Positions 39,407 through 50,534 are shown, numbered from the stretch's first letter. The stretch: DNA of 64,000 nucleotides from GCF_002087085.1 NZ_MWQY01000004.1:1-64000, one strand, 5' to 3'. Made by a program: numbers and translations. The notes: generated by a model from the letters alone, not told the origin.

Positions 39407-41305
39407 CTATGAACTCTGGAAATCGTATTCAAAAAAAACCTTGTTTCCCGAAAGCAGGGAAACCTTGTCCCCTTTACGGCTGAAACTGATGGAATCACCC
39501 TTGTCCAGGTTCTCCGGATCGGTTCCGGCATGTACAAAAAGTACGAGGAACTGGGTCTCCCGGGAACGCAGAACCGTTTCCACCCTGGGGAGCAGGAAGG
39601 AGGAGGAAAGGGTATGCCCCTCCTTGCGTCCCTCGTAGCCCTGGGAGATGGCTGCAAAGCTGTACCCCCCCAGAATCCTGACAATGGAAAACCCCCGGGG
39701 GCCTTCCACCATGGCCAGCTGCCCGCTGGCAACCGTCTCCACTGAATCATCCGCTTCCAGACCGAGGGCATAGCCGCCTTCCCGCAGGTTGACCGCCCCG
39801 CCGCCGAAACCGGCCCTGCGGATCCGGTGGATCCGGACCTGGGCTCCGGACCGGAGGGGAACAAGCAGGGTATCCACCTTCAGGGTGCCCGAAGCACCGC
39901 CATCAGAGGCTACAGGCAGATGCATGCTGGTCAGCAGAACCCGGTCGGCAACCAGCTTGAAGGAATCGATCCTGTCCCTGTGGCTCCAGCTCTTTTTATC
40001 GCCGCTGGCAGAAAGGGTATTATCGCAGCAGAAAACCCGTTCCTTCGGCCCTGCACCAGCTACAAAACCCATAATACCGGAATAGCTGAACTTGCCGTAT
40101 CGACTTATCGTATCGCCGCCCCGCTGCCGCTTGTTCCGCCGGGACCCTCCGTTAATGAGCTGGACGTGATCGCCGGATTTTGCTCCGTGGACAAGCCAGC
40201 CCGGGGAGGGAATAAAATGGACAAAGTCTCCCCTCTCTATGGGCAGTGCTTCCTCCTGTATACTCCAGAAGCTGTCCTTCTCCGGAATCATCAGGAGAAA
40301 ACCCAGGGTCTGCATGGCGCGGTAATCGGCTATAGCAGAAAAATCAGCGCTTTTTTCCCCTGCTTCCAGTCCGGACTGCAGTGCCAGCCGAACCAGTCGT
40401 TTGAGCACTCCGCTTTTCCCCGGCCAGACCCCGGCAAGATACCCCGCCACAGGGCCTGCGATTCCCGCCAGAAGCCCCGGCGATTCCTTTCCGTAGCCGG
40501 GACCCCTCCCGCTGGAATCGTAGAGATAGGGTAAATCCCGCAGGTCCTTGCGCAGTCGCGGTCCCCAGAGCTGATAGCGGGGAGACTTTTTGCCCCCCTC
40601 GACATGAAGCACGGCAGCAAGCAGGCTGAAGTATCGCCAGCTGATGGAATCATCGAAATTGTCTGCCCCTCTGCCGCCGTCGGCAAACCAGCCCTGGTCC
40701 AGATAACAGCGTTCCAGGCTTTCGAAGGCCGCATCTATCACCTTGGGATCATGTCTCAGACCCATGCCCCTGCGGGCCACATGATTCAGTGCCACCGCAA
40801 GGCTCCGGTAGCTCTTTTTCTTTACCGATACGCGTCCTTCTGTTTCGAGCCACTGCTCGAAGAGCTGAATGGAACGGTTGGAAAGCCGCCGGAACAGCAG
40901 AGAACGGCAGGACCAGGCGGCGAAAGCCACCAGGGCGGCAAACTCGGGGGACCGTTTCGTACTCCGCGGTCCAGCTCCCCAGTATCCCGGGTTTTCGGGA
41001 TTGCAGCCGTTTTCAATCGCGTTGATCATATAGCTGGAAAGAGAGAGCATCTCACCCTGGTAATCCACAACGTCGCTTCGTTCATCCCCGGACAGGTAAC
41101 CGCCCAGTGCCACCAGGGTCAGCAGGACGGGTTCCGGAGAATCGTGATTCTTCAGGTAACTCATATCCGGAGTCAGGGATCGTTTACAGAAGCTCATATA
41201 TCGGAAAAAAACACTGGTCACATGATGGAAGGTCAGTTCGTGCTTGATGGGCTGGTCCATGTGCCTGAGTATATACCCAGCACTGTGTCTGTCAAGGCGC
41301 CGCAA
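39407..41305 (-). CDS. DUF2264-like protein
   Basis: G..PENPGYWG, YL..GWFADG, YGKFSYS, DNTL motifs. Confidence 0.65.
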   Translation of the reverse strand: MRRLDRHSAGYILRHMDQPIKHELTFHHVTSVFFRYMSFCKRSLTPDMSYLKNHDSPEPVLLTLVALGGYLSGDERSDVVDYQGEMLSLSSYMINAIENGCNPENPGYWGAGPRSTKRSPEFAALVAFAAWSCRSLLFRRLSNRSIQLFEQWLETEGRVSVKKKSYRSLAVALNHVARRGMGLRHDPKVIDAAFESLERCYLDQGWFADGGRGADNFDDSISWRYFSLLAAVLHVEGGKKSPRYQLWGPRLRKDLRDLPYLYDSSGRGPGYGKESPGLLAGIAGPVAGYLAGVWPGKSGVLKRLVRLALQSGLEAGEKSADFSAIADYRAMQTLGFLLMIPEKDSFWSIQEEALPIERGDFVHFIPSPGWLVHGAKSGDHVQLINGGSRRNKRQRGGDTISRYGKFSYSGIMGFVAGAGPKERVFCCDNTLSASGDKKSWSHRDRIDSFKLVADRVLLTSMHLPVASDGGASGTLKVDTLLVPLRSGAQVRIHRIRRAGFGGGAVNLREGGYALGLEADDSVETVASGQLAMVEGPRGFSIVRILGGYSFAAISQGYEGRKEGHTLSSSFLLPRVETVLRSRETQFLVLFVHAGTDPENLDKGDSISFSRKGDKVSLLSGNKVFFEYDFQSS

Positions 41306-41314
41306 AATCCGTAA

Positions 41315-41917
41315 TCACGCCATTCCACGAACAAAAGGAACGAAGACGACCGGACACAGCCTCTCCCGTGTACAGGTTCCCCGGGAATCCTTAAGAATCC
41401 GGATCAGATACTGCATACTCCGTCCCCCCTGGGGAAACAGCATGATTCCCCCCGGTTTCAGCTGCCCGATAAGCTCCTGAGGTTCCGACCTGACAGCGGC
41501 GGTAATCATTATACGGTCAAAAGGGGCCTCCTCCGGCCAGCCCGAGAACCCGTCGCCATGACGTACCATGATATTCGAGTAGCCCAGAGTCTCGAGTCTC
41601 TCCCCGGCGCTGAGAGCAAGCTCAGCGATCCGCTCCATGCTGTAGACCCTCTTCGCCAGTACCGAGAGTACTGCCGCCTGGTACCCCGAGCCGGTACCGA
41701 TTTCCAGTATCCGGTTCTGCGGATCGATTTTCAGGGCCTCGGTCATATACGCCACGATATAGGGTTGACTGATGGTCTGTCCCTTCCCGATAGGCAGGGG
41801 CCGGTCCTCTTCCGCCTCATCGACAAGGGGGGGAGGAACAAAGCGCTCCCGCGGAACGATACGAATCGCTTCGAGGACCCGGGGATCGCGAATATCCCAG
41901 TACGAAAGAGGGAGCAT
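41315..41917 (-). CDS. pcm: protein-L-isoaspartate O-methyltransferase
   Basis: QTISQPYIVA, LEIGTGSGYQ, APFDRI, FVP. Confidence 0.95.
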   Translation of the reverse strand: MLPLSYWDIRDPRVLEAIRIVPRERFVPPPLVDEAEEDRPLPIGKGQTISQPYIVAYMTEALKIDPQNRILEIGTGSGYQAAVLSVLAKRVYSMERIAELALSAGERLETLGYSNIMVRHGDGFSGWPEEAPFDRIMITAAVRSEPQELIGQLKPGGIMLFPQGGRSMQYLIRILKDSRGTCTRERLCPVVFVPFVRGMA

Positions 41918-41986
41918 ACACTAAGAATACTCCCGGAAAGGGCGCTTTTCCAGTCCCTGTTCAGCATGATACTATGGTCAGCCTTG

Positions 41987-44746
41987 ATGAGTGACCTATT
42001 TGATGCCTTTAAACAGAGTTCAACCCTTCCCTTGCCGGCACGTCCGCCCCGGGACCTGCGCTGCGTGTTCGTTCCCCCTCCGGGAGAACCGCGGCTCAGT
42101 TTCTACTCGGGGGATGAGGAGATTGACCCTCCCGCCGCCCGGTCCTACGCCGGTCCCTGGCGGGACCTCCTTGCAGTCTGCGAGGATATTCGTCGAAGGG
42201 AAGAACTCAGCCTGGAATGGGACAATGATCGAAAAAGGGGATTCTCCCTGAGCCGGCATCCGGGGCTTATCCCCCTGGCCGCCGCAACCGGCAGCCTGAA
42301 CCTTCCGGGGGGAACTCCCCTGGAGATCCGGGAGGAACAGATCGCGGTCCGTATATCCGGTCCGGGCCCCTATTCCGCCCGCCTTGTGGACGCCGCGGAT
42401 CGGCCCCTGGGATTCCCCCAGGGGATTGCCGAAAGCTGTATCCTGGACGGAAACATACTCTACCAGATGCCCCCCATGGGACCGGGATTCCGCAGTATCC
42501 GGCATCTGGGGACCATAATCCGCGAAGAGGACCTTCACCGCTACCTGTCGCTGACGCGGACCCATTTCCCCGGACTTCCCCTGCGGTTCAGGGAGTACAG
42601 TATCCGCAGCGCCGGGGCCGTGGAGCTTTCCGAGGGGATTATCTTTTCCAAAATGGACCGGGACGGGGTTCTGCATCTGCAGTTCACCCTGACCTGGCCG
42701 GGATACCCTCCCGATTTCTTCACCGCCTACGACACTGCCCAGGTTGTCGAAATAGACCGGCAGAAGGAGTGCATAACCTTCCATCCCGCTCTTATTCCGG
42801 ACATCCGCAAGGGCATCGCCTCCCTGAGGCGGCGGATACAGCGACTTCAGAAACGTCACCAGGACTCGGACGGCTTTTTTGTAGACGATACAAAAATCAG
42901 TCTGGGCCCGAAGCTCGCCGAAGCCTTCATCGAGGAGGAGCTTCCCGGACTTTTTACCCGCTACCTCTTTTTCGGGACGGAGAACCTCTCTCATTTCCGG
43001 GTTACCCGCTCCCGGCCGAAGCTGCACCTGCGCCTGAGCGGAGGGGCCGACCTTCTGCGGGGAGAGTGCGACATCTCTGTGGAAGGCGAGTGGTTCACTC
43101 CCGGGGAACTGATGGACCTGCACCGGGAGAATGGCTTCATTCCCCTGAACAGCGGCGGCCGGGCCCTTATCGATCAGAAATTCCTGGAGCGCCTGCGCCG
43201 GGTGCTGAAAGAGATCAACCACGGCGAGGTAACCCTCTCCTTTTTCGACCTGCCCCTGGTGCAGGAGATCATAGATGAGAACCTCGAAGGTCCCGGCGCG
43301 GTGGAACCGGAACGAATCTACCGGGGCTTCAGCGAGCTTGAATCCAGACCGGTTCCCGTTCCCCGTATTCAGGGGACCCTTCGGGAGTACCAGGAACACG
43401 GTTACCGCTGGCTCTATTACCTGTACCGGACGGGTCTGAACGGCTGCCTCGCCGACGATATGGGGCTGGGAAAAACGGTACAGACCATCTCCCTTCTCTC
43501 CCTTGTACACGCGGATCCGGGATTTCCCTCCCTGGTGGTACTGCCGAAATCCCTGATCTTCAACTGGCAGGGGGAGTTCGCCCGCTTTGCCCCGCAGCTG
43601 CAGATCAGCACCTGTTACGGGCCCGGCAGGGACTGGGAATCCGCGGAGGAGTCGGACATAATCCTGACAACCTACACGGTGGTGCGGAACGATATTCAGG
43701 AACTTCGCAAACGGAAATTCCGCTACATCATCCTCGACGAGGCACAGAACATCAAGAATTTGAGCTCCCGGATAAGCAGGGCCATGCTGCTCCTCGAATC
43801 GGAACACCGGCTGGCCATCAGCGGAACCCCCATGGAAAACAACCTGATGGAACTGTATTCCCTCTTCCGCTTTCTGAACCCCGGTATGTTCGGCTCTCCC
43901 AAGGAGTTTCAGCGGGATTACGCCAATCCCATCCAGAAGGAGTCCTGCCAGGTAACCGCGGAGGACCTCCGCAAAAAGATCAGCCCCTTCCTGCTCCGGC
44001 GGCTCAAAACCGATGTTGCCCGGGACCTGCCGGAAAAGGTGGAACAGATCCTCTACGTCGAGATGGAGGAAACCCAGCGGGGACTCTACGAATCCCGGAG
44101 GGACTACTTTTACCGGAGCATCAGGGAACGCCTGGAACGGAACGGTATCGAAGAATCCCAGCTCTATATTCTGCAGGCGATCTCCGAACTGAGGCAGATA
44201 GCCACCGTTCCCGAGAGCCGCAGCTCCGGGGTAATAACCAGCCCGAAACGGGAAGTCATGAGAGAGAGCCTGGAGGACGTTTTTGCTATCCACCATAAGG
44301 CGATCGTCTTCTCCAATTTTCTCGACTCCCTGGAGACCCTCGGCTCGGACCTGGAAGAGATGGGAATCTCCTATCTTCTGCTTACCGGTGCGACCCGGGA
44401 CCGCAGGGGGGTTGTGGAACGGTTCCAGAGTGACGACACATCACAGGCCCTGCTCATGACCCTGAAAACGGGAGGAGTGGGTCTCAACCTTACGGTGGCG
44501 GATTACGTGTACCTCCTCGATCCCTGGTGGAACATCGCGGCGGAAAACCAGGCCATCGACCGCAGCCACCGCATCGGCCAGCGTAATACCGTCTTTGCCT
44601 ATCGGCTCATAACGAAAGAGACCATCGAGGAACGGATACTGGAGCTGCAGCAGCGCAAACGGGAGCTGTTCAATTCCGTCATAACCGCTGATTCCGGGAT
44701 ACCCAAAAGCCTGACCCGGGACGATGTGGAATTTATTCTGAGTTAG
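41987..44746 (+). CDS. SNF2-family helicase
   Basis: LADDMGLGKT, LDEAQ, SGTP.EN, GLNL, DPWWN, QAIDRSHRIGQ. Confidence 0.94.
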   Translation: MSDLFDAFKQSSTLPLPARPPRDLRCVFVPPPGEPRLSFYSGDEEIDPPAARSYAGPWRDLLAVCEDIRRREELSLEWDNDRKRGFSLSRHPGLIPLAAATGSLNLPGGTPLEIREEQIAVRISGPGPYSARLVDAADRPLGFPQGIAESCILDGNILYQMPPMGPGFRSIRHLGTIIREEDLHRYLSLTRTHFPGLPLRFREYSIRSAGAVELSEGIIFSKMDRDGVLHLQFTLTWPGYPPDFFTAYDTAQVVEIDRQKECITFHPALIPDIRKGIASLRRRIQRLQKRHQDSDGFFVDDTKISLGPKLAEAFIEEELPGLFTRYLFFGTENLSHFRVTRSRPKLHLRLSGGADLLRGECDISVEGEWFTPGELMDLHRENGFIPLNSGGRALIDQKFLERLRRVLKEINHGEVTLSFFDLPLVQEIIDENLEGPGAVEPERIYRGFSELESRPVPVPRIQGTLREYQEHGYRWLYYLYRTGLNGCLADDMGLGKTVQTISLLSLVHADPGFPSLVVLPKSLIFNWQGEFARFAPQLQISTCYGPGRDWESAEESDIILTTYTVVRNDIQELRKRKFRYIILDEAQNIKNLSSRISRAMLLLESEHRLAISGTPMENNLMELYSLFRFLNPGMFGSPKEFQRDYANPIQKESCQVTAEDLRKKISPFLLRRLKTDVARDLPEKVEQILYVEMEETQRGLYESRRDYFYRSIRERLERNGIEESQLYILQAISELRQIATVPESRSSGVITSPKREVMRESLEDVFAIHHKAIVFSNFLDSLETLGSDLEEMGISYLLLTGATRDRRGVVERFQSDDTSQALLMTLKTGGVGLNLTVADYVYLLDPWWNIAAENQAIDRSHRIGQRNTVFAYRLITKETIEERILELQQRKRELFNSVITADSGIPKSLTRDDVEFILS

Positions 44747-44754
44747 GAGAAGCA

Positions 44755-45939
44755 ATGTCCCAGGTTTTCAGTACAGAGGAGGAACTCCCCCACTGCGTGG
44801 CCAGCCGCTCCGCAGGGGAGATACCACAGATCTCCATGCCCCCCGGGTTTCCCGACGACCCTCAGTGGCGATCGTGGCCGGGACAGCTCTTTGCGGCACT
44901 TCTTGAGCCCGGCTGTCCGGTGGATCCCCTTCAGACGGCCCGGATAACGGCTGAAGCGATATCAGGGCAGACCGACAGCCTTGGCAGGGAACTGCTGCTT
45001 CCTCATCTGAAGCATCGTCCCCACACAAGGCGGGGAAGAGAGGGAAAGAGGAAAGCTCCGATCCTGCATCTGCTCTTTTCCATGCTGCAGCAGGAAGGCG
45101 GTTCATCCTGGAGGTCTGCCCGGGAGTATATCTCCAGGGCGACGAAAGCAGAGGAGCTTATACACTATCTGGACCCCGATTATGCAGCGGACTATGTCTA
45201 CTTCGAAACCCGGGGATACTACCGGAACTTTCTGGGGGATTCGGGTATTCACGAGGAACAGCGCTATCTGGAAACTACGGAGCTCTACAGGGAGGCATGC
45301 CTGCTTCCCCTGGTACAGAACTACCTTGGCGCTGCGTCTCTCCTCGGTATGCTGGAGGTCCGCTACGGCACATCCGAAAGCCCCTATACCCCCTGGGCCG
45401 GAATCACGAAGTTCAGACTGACCGACTGGGGTCGCTATGTTACAGGGATACAGGAGAAGGTTCCCGTATGGAAGCCTCGACGGGTGCTGGAATTCTCGGC
45501 CAGCGGAGAAATCGTCAGTCTCCGGGAATCCTCCCCTGGGGCAGAAAAGTTTCTTCGTGAGATTGCAGGCGAGATCGCCCCGGGGATTTTCCGGCTGGGC
45601 CGAAGTCAGATACTGGCGGCTGCCGCCACAGAGGCGGAGCTTGGCGATATTATTGACAGGCTTTTGACCATGGCGATTGAACCTGTTCCTGTATTCTGGA
45701 CGGAAATGTTTGAATCCCTGGATAACAGTATTGTCCGTCTGGAAGAGGCATCAGGATATCTGGTCTTTCAGGTCCCGGATCATTCCAGCATCCTCTCCCT
45801 GCTTCGGGAGGAGCCCTCCCTTGCCCGGCTGGCAAGTCCCGCCGCGGGCAGGAAAATCCTTATTCACCGGGAGGACCTGCCCGGACTTCGAAGGGAACTG
45901 AAAAAGCGGGGATTATTACTGGAGATAGGCCGAGTCTAA
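44755..45939 (+). CDS. hypothetical protein co-transcribed with the SNF2 gene
   Basis: 394-aa ORF 8 bp after SNF2 with AGGAG SD. Confidence 0.7.
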   Translation: MSQVFSTEEELPHCVASRSAGEIPQISMPPGFPDDPQWRSWPGQLFAALLEPGCPVDPLQTARITAEAISGQTDSLGRELLLPHLKHRPHTRRGREGKRKAPILHLLFSMLQQEGGSSWRSAREYISRATKAEELIHYLDPDYAADYVYFETRGYYRNFLGDSGIHEEQRYLETTELYREACLLPLVQNYLGAASLLGMLEVRYGTSESPYTPWAGITKFRLTDWGRYVTGIQEKVPVWKPRRVLEFSASGEIVSLRESSPGAEKFLREIAGEIAPGIFRLGRSQILAAAATEAELGDIIDRLLTMAIEPVPVFWTEMFESLDNSIVRLEEASGYLVFQVPDHSSILSLLREEPSLARLASPAAGRKILIHREDLPGLRRELKKRGLLLEIGRV

Positions 45940-45986
45940 GTTTGTTGGACAATACCTGAAAAACAGAATACAATGCGCTGACACCA

Positions 45987-47198
45987 ATGAACGAATACAC
46001 AAAGACCGAAGGCAGGATAATACGACTTACCATTGCAGGTCATGGCTTTACCCACTTTTTTGAAGGTGCCATCCCTCCCCTGATACCCCTTCTCATGCTG
46101 AGTTTCGGGGTGGATTACTTCCGCATAGGTATCGTGGTAACAGTATTTTCCTATGCTTATGGCCTGGGCTCCCTTCCCGCGGGGTTTATAACCGACAAAA
46201 TCGGCTCCAAGGGGCTGATTTCCCTCTTTTTCTTCGGCACCAGCATACTTTCACTGACGGTGGTGCTTGTGAATGGATACTACGCCTTTCTGATCGTCAT
46301 GGGTGCCATCGGTCTGACAGGCAGCGTCTACCATCCAACCGCCAATACCCTGATAAGCCACAGAGTACGGAACAGGGGCAGGGCCTACGGGATCCACGGG
46401 ATCTCCGGGAGTCTGAGCCTGGCCCTGACCCCGGCGATTGCGGCCCTCATGGGGGCCCGATTCGGGTGGAAATCCGCCTATCTCGCGGCGGGCCTTGTGG
46501 GAATCTTTCTGGCCTTTTACTCCCTGACCCTGCCTGAAGACCGCATTAAAAGAGAGCCCGACGGTAAACCCGATATCCGGGAGGCGGCGGAAGAAGAACT
46601 GCCCTCAAAGATGTTTCTGGTTGCATTCTTTATTTCCGCGGCATCCCTCGGCATGGCCTACAGAGGAATTATGACCTTTTTGCCGGCCTACATGGCGGAA
46701 AATTTCTCCCTGGGCAACTCAGACATCGACAAGGTCAGCGTGGGAGGGATCATTGCAACCTTAAGCCTCCTGTCCGGAACCGCAGGGCAATACATCACCG
46801 GTCGTATAATCGACCGAAGAAGCCCGGAAAAAATATATACCCTGATTTCGTTTGCCGGAGGAAGCTTTGTTCTGTTGATGTCCTTTACCAGGTCTCTGCC
46901 GCTTCTTCTATCTGCAATCTGTTTCGCCTTTTTTTACTTTTCAGCCCAGCCGGTGCAGAACTATATACTTGCCAAGCACATGCCCCCGCGGGTACGGGGC
47001 CTTGGATTCGGGGCTCATTTTTTCATGGTATTCGCCGTCGGATCTACTGCCGCCGCCATATCCGGCTTTCTTGCCGACCGCTATGGATTGAGCACCGTCT
47101 ACCTGTCCATGTCGGGATTTTTCTTCCTATCCTGGATAATGACCCTCTACCTGGTAAGGTACACCCAAAAGACCACGCTGCACAAACTGGAGACTTAA
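45987..47198 (+). CDS. MFS transporter (Fsr-like)
   Basis: G..TDKIG motif A, YHP, about 12 TM. Confidence 0.88.
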   Translation: MNEYTKTEGRIIRLTIAGHGFTHFFEGAIPPLIPLLMLSFGVDYFRIGIVVTVFSYAYGLGSLPAGFITDKIGSKGLISLFFFGTSILSLTVVLVNGYYAFLIVMGAIGLTGSVYHPTANTLISHRVRNRGRAYGIHGISGSLSLALTPAIAALMGARFGWKSAYLAAGLVGIFLAFYSLTLPEDRIKREPDGKPDIREAAEEELPSKMFLVAFFISAASLGMAYRGIMTFLPAYMAENFSLGNSDIDKVSVGGIIATLSLLSGTAGQYITGRIIDRRSPEKIYTLISFAGGSFVLLMSFTRSLPLLLSAICFAFFYFSAQPVQNYILAKHMPPRVRGLGFGAHFFMVFAVGSTAAAISGFLADRYGLSTVYLSMSGFFFLSWIMTLYLVRYTQKTTLHKLET

Positions 47199-47230
47199 AA
47201 AGAAGACTCCCCTCAACGAGGGGAGTCTTT
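47198..47230. terminator. bidirectional intrinsic terminator
   Basis: 12-bp perfect stem AAGACTCCCCTC-AAC-GAGGGGAGTCTT; stronger T tract on the minus strand. Confidence 0.85.
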
Positions 47231-47334
47231 CAACAAGAAACAGCATTTCACCTTTTTACCTGGGAACCTCTTTGTAATAAACCTTTTTAAAATTATTTAC
47301 CTTTTATGAATCAGCACTTAAAGTCTACAGAACA
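47198..47334 (-). ncRNA. candidate small RNA with five AGGU motifs
   Basis: TATAAT at 47346-47341, no ORF, ends in a terminator. Confidence 0.4.
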
Positions 47335-47576
47335 TTCTGTATTATACTATCATGAACTTTATTCACTCCAGGATACTACATGTAAATATACTTTTACTCT
47401 TTAATCTGAAAAGAAATTATCATGTTTCTATGTATCAACATATACGACCAAAGTATGAAATTTGCACTTTTTTTATACAACTTTCTTCTTAGAAACTGGT
47501 CTATTGCCAGGATATCGACACATAATACAAATTTATTGGAAATATTGAACACATAAAAATCATCCCAAATCCGCCT

Positions 47577-48287
47577 CTAATGCAGACAGTTGTGCCGCAC
47601 GGCCCATAAAACAGCCTCCGACCTGCGGCGTACTCCGATCTTCTTGTAGATGTTGTAGATATGAGTCTTTACGGTTGCTTCTCCGATACCCAGTTCTTCT
47701 GCAATATTTTTATTCCGCAGCCCTCTACCCAGGTTATGGAGAATCTGTTTCTCCCGCCTGGTAAGCAGAATATTGGGAGGTTGAAGAGAGAGTTTATCAT
47801 ACAAATCCTCCGCATCCCCCTCCTCATCCTCCAGGGGCTCAAAGAGTGCTCCCCTGGGTATCCAGAGCCCCTCGGTAAACAGCGTAAAAACTCCTTCCCC
47901 CAGGATTTCGAGACTGTCGGTTCGGTAGAAAAAGCCCTTAACCCCCAGATTGATTGCCTCACGCTCACGGCCCCAGTGGGGAAGCAGATTAAAGAAGGCC
48001 ACAAGCTGAAAATGGGGCACAATATAATCCGTCAGCTCCCGTCCGGCCAGATAGTTGTCCATATCCCGTTCAAGACAGTCGATAAGCACCAGACGGCGGC
48101 CTCCGTTCAGATTTGACGAGACCGGAAAGGCCTTTATATCCGGGCTCAGGCCGGGATACAGCTGCAGCTCGTACTGAAAAAGATCGCGCATAAGTTGATT
48201 CTGGATTGTAATTCCACCGAGAATATAAACCTGGTGATGCCTGATCAGTCGTTTCTGATCAATGCTCAAAATATGGGCTGTAGCCAT
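47577..48287 (-). CDS. LuxR-family regulator, CsgD/VpsT-like
   Basis: Degenerate receiver (GVKGFFY...GLWIPR) plus LTRRE...NKNIA..L.IGE.TVKTHIYNIYKK HTH. Confidence 0.85.
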   Translation of the reverse strand: MATAHILSIDQKRLIRHHQVYILGGITIQNQLMRDLFQYELQLYPGLSPDIKAFPVSSNLNGGRRLVLIDCLERDMDNYLAGRELTDYIVPHFQLVAFFNLLPHWGREREAINLGVKGFFYRTDSLEILGEGVFTLFTEGLWIPRGALFEPLEDEEGDAEDLYDKLSLQPPNILLTRREKQILHNLGRGLRNKNIAEELGIGEATVKTHIYNIYKKIGVRRRSEAVLWAVRHNCLH

Positions 48288-48368
48288 GGTTCATGGTAAA
48301 TCGCCGGGAAGGAACTGTCAATTAATATCCCCACTATTCAAATTTTCAATATATAGGTATTATCAACT

Positions 48369-50534
48369 ATGGCAGCAAAACGGGACACAACATCCATTAC
48401 AACCTATGTGGTAATCCTTATAAGCGCAATCTGTGCCACGGGAGTACTCATCCTGGTACTGCAGTTTCTCAATCTGCGGGAACTGGACAAACGTTTCAAC
48501 AGCCTCAACAAGCAGCTGGAACTGCGCACGAAGCTGTTTGTCCGTATACAGCAAAGCCTGGGATACGACGGAATTATTCATAACCTGAAAGACTTCGTTA
48601 TCCGCAGGGATTCCCGCTATCTGGAGGCGGCGCAGGAAAAGGTGGACTACGCCCTGGAACTGCTGGAGGAGTACCGCGGTTTGGAGGGAGTTTCCGAGGA
48701 TGAAGTATCCCGGATCGACTTTGTGGGGAACATGGTTGGAAAATACGACCAGATAACCAGATACTTTGCTTCAACGGACACATCTTCCATGAATACCCGT
48801 GAACTGGACGCCCTGACCCAGGTGGATCATACAATGGCGGTAAACTCTCTGGAGAACCTGACCCGGGACTATGAACTTTTTGCATCCCGGGGGCGGGAAG
48901 AGGTAATGCAGGTAATCCGTTTAAGCATTGTCGGCCTGCTGGCTCCCGCCCTTGTCGCAGCCCTTGCTCTTCTATTCCTTTTTCTCCTGATCGGAAGAAG
49001 ATTGCGAAACAGGATTCTCCGCATACAGAAGGCAACCCTGCGTATCGGACCCGGAGACCTGAGAGACTCAATCGCCCTGGAGAGCCGGGACTTTCTCGGG
49101 TCAATAGCCGCAAACTTCGATACCGCCATAGAGCATTTCCAGGACGCGGCTCTCAGTATACGAGCAACCCTTACGGAGAGCAGAGCAAGCGCCGGAGATC
49201 TTACACGGCAGATAGAAAGTATTCTGACAGCTACAAACAGGATCAACAGCGAAATACGAAAACTCCAGCTGGCCACCCACCGGCTCAGTTCGAATGCGGC
49301 GGAATCCAGCACCGCAACCGAAGAGATTACCGCAACCATTCGCAACCTCGCCCGGGGAATCGACAACCAGGTGAGCGCAGTTACCCAGACATCGGCTTCC
49401 ATCGAGGAGATGGCAGCATCGATACGGAGCGTAGCCTCCGTTACCGAAGCACGTATGGAATCATCCCGGGACCTGGCACGTCTGACCGAACGGGGAGAAG
49501 CGGAACTGGCGTCCACGGACGGATATATCAGCGAAATCAGCGCCTCCGTCGACGATATGCTGGAGATGATCGACGTTATTGAGCATGTGGCTGACCAGAC
49601 AGACATGCTGTCCATGAATGCCGCCATCGAGGCGGCCCACGCAGGGGAAACCGGAAAGGGCTTTGCCGTGGTAGCGGAGGAGATTCGAAAACTGGCGGAA
49701 TCCACCAGGGAAAACTCCGGCCAGATCTCCGGTCGCCTGAAAAATACCATTACAAGCATCCACAGCGCCCTGGAATCCAGCCGTTCTTCCCGGGAGGCCT
49801 TTGTCGCCCTTCAGAACAGTATATCCGGCATGCTGGACTCCTTTGCCGAAATAAGCGACAGCACCCAGGAGCTCTCCGCAGGAAGCCGTCAGATACTGTC
49901 TGCGGTTGCTTCCCTCATGAGCGTATCGGGAGAAATAAAACTCGGATCAGAAGAGATCCTGAGCGGTTCGGAGGAGATCAGCGCTTCCCTCATTTCCATG
50001 CAGAAGACGGCGGATACGGTGGGGAAGGACGTATCGGAGGTATTGCAGAGCGCAGGAGCGATCTCCGATGCGGCTGCACATATCTCTGAAGCGGGTATAC
50101 ACAACAGCGAAGGATTACAGAGGCTCGCCTCCCGGGTCAGTTTTTTCAAACTGATGGACGACGAGTCTGCCTCAGAGGAAATCGATTTTTCCACCTATAT
50201 TCTGCAGCACCACCGCTGGGTATCCAGGGTCGGGAGCGCCCTGGCGGGCAACGAGACAATCAGTCTGTCCGAGATGACCGATCATCACGGCTGCGATGTG
50301 GGCAGGTGGATTGACAGCGAGGGGGAGAACCTTTTCCGCGACAAACCCGTATTCGCGGAGCTGAAACAGAGCCATGAACAGGTACATCAACTCCTGCGGC
50401 AGATAGTACGGAACCTTCATGACGGAAAAACCGAAGAAGCCAACGATGGATTCTCGGATCTTATTGAAACATCGAACCGGCTGGTGGCACTCTTTTCACG
50501 ATTGAAGGATACTCCTGATACCAGGGAGGCCTGA
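48369..50534 (+). CDS. chemoreceptor with C-terminal CZB domain
   Basis: MCP signalling hairpin; [16 protein letters not shown] zinc ligands. Confidence 0.92.
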   Translation: MAAKRDTTSITTYVVILISAICATGVLILVLQFLNLRELDKRFNSLNKQLELRTKLFVRIQQSLGYDGIIHNLKDFVIRRDSRYLEAAQEKVDYALELLEEYRGLEGVSEDEVSRIDFVGNMVGKYDQITRYFASTDTSSMNTRELDALTQVDHTMAVNSLENLTRDYELFASRGREEVMQVIRLSIVGLLAPALVAALALLFLFLLIGRRLRNRILRIQKATLRIGPGDLRDSIALESRDFLGSIAANFDTAIEHFQDAALSIRATLTESRASAGDLTRQIESILTATNRINSEIRKLQLATHRLSSNAAESSTATEEITATIRNLARGIDNQVSAVTQTSASIEEMAASIRSVASVTEARMESSRDLARLTERGEAELASTDGYISEISASVDDMLEMIDVIEHVADQTDMLSMNAAIEAAHAGETGKGFAVVAEEIRKLAESTRENSGQISGRLKNTITSIHSALESSRSSREAFVALQNSISGMLDSFAEISDSTQELSAGSRQILSAVASLMSVSGEIKLGSEEILSGSEEISASLISMQKTADTVGKDVSEVLQSAGAISDAAAHISEAGIHNSEGLQRLASRVSFFKLMDDESASEEIDFSTYILQHHRWVSRVGSALAGNETISLSEMTDHHGCDVGRWIDSEGENLFRDKPVFAELKQSHEQVHQLLRQIVRNLHDGKTEEANDGFSDLIETSNRLVALFSRLKDTPDTREA

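Noticed and set aside
42020..44296. 758-aa minus-strand ORF
   Set aside because: Antisense shadow of the SNF2 gene.
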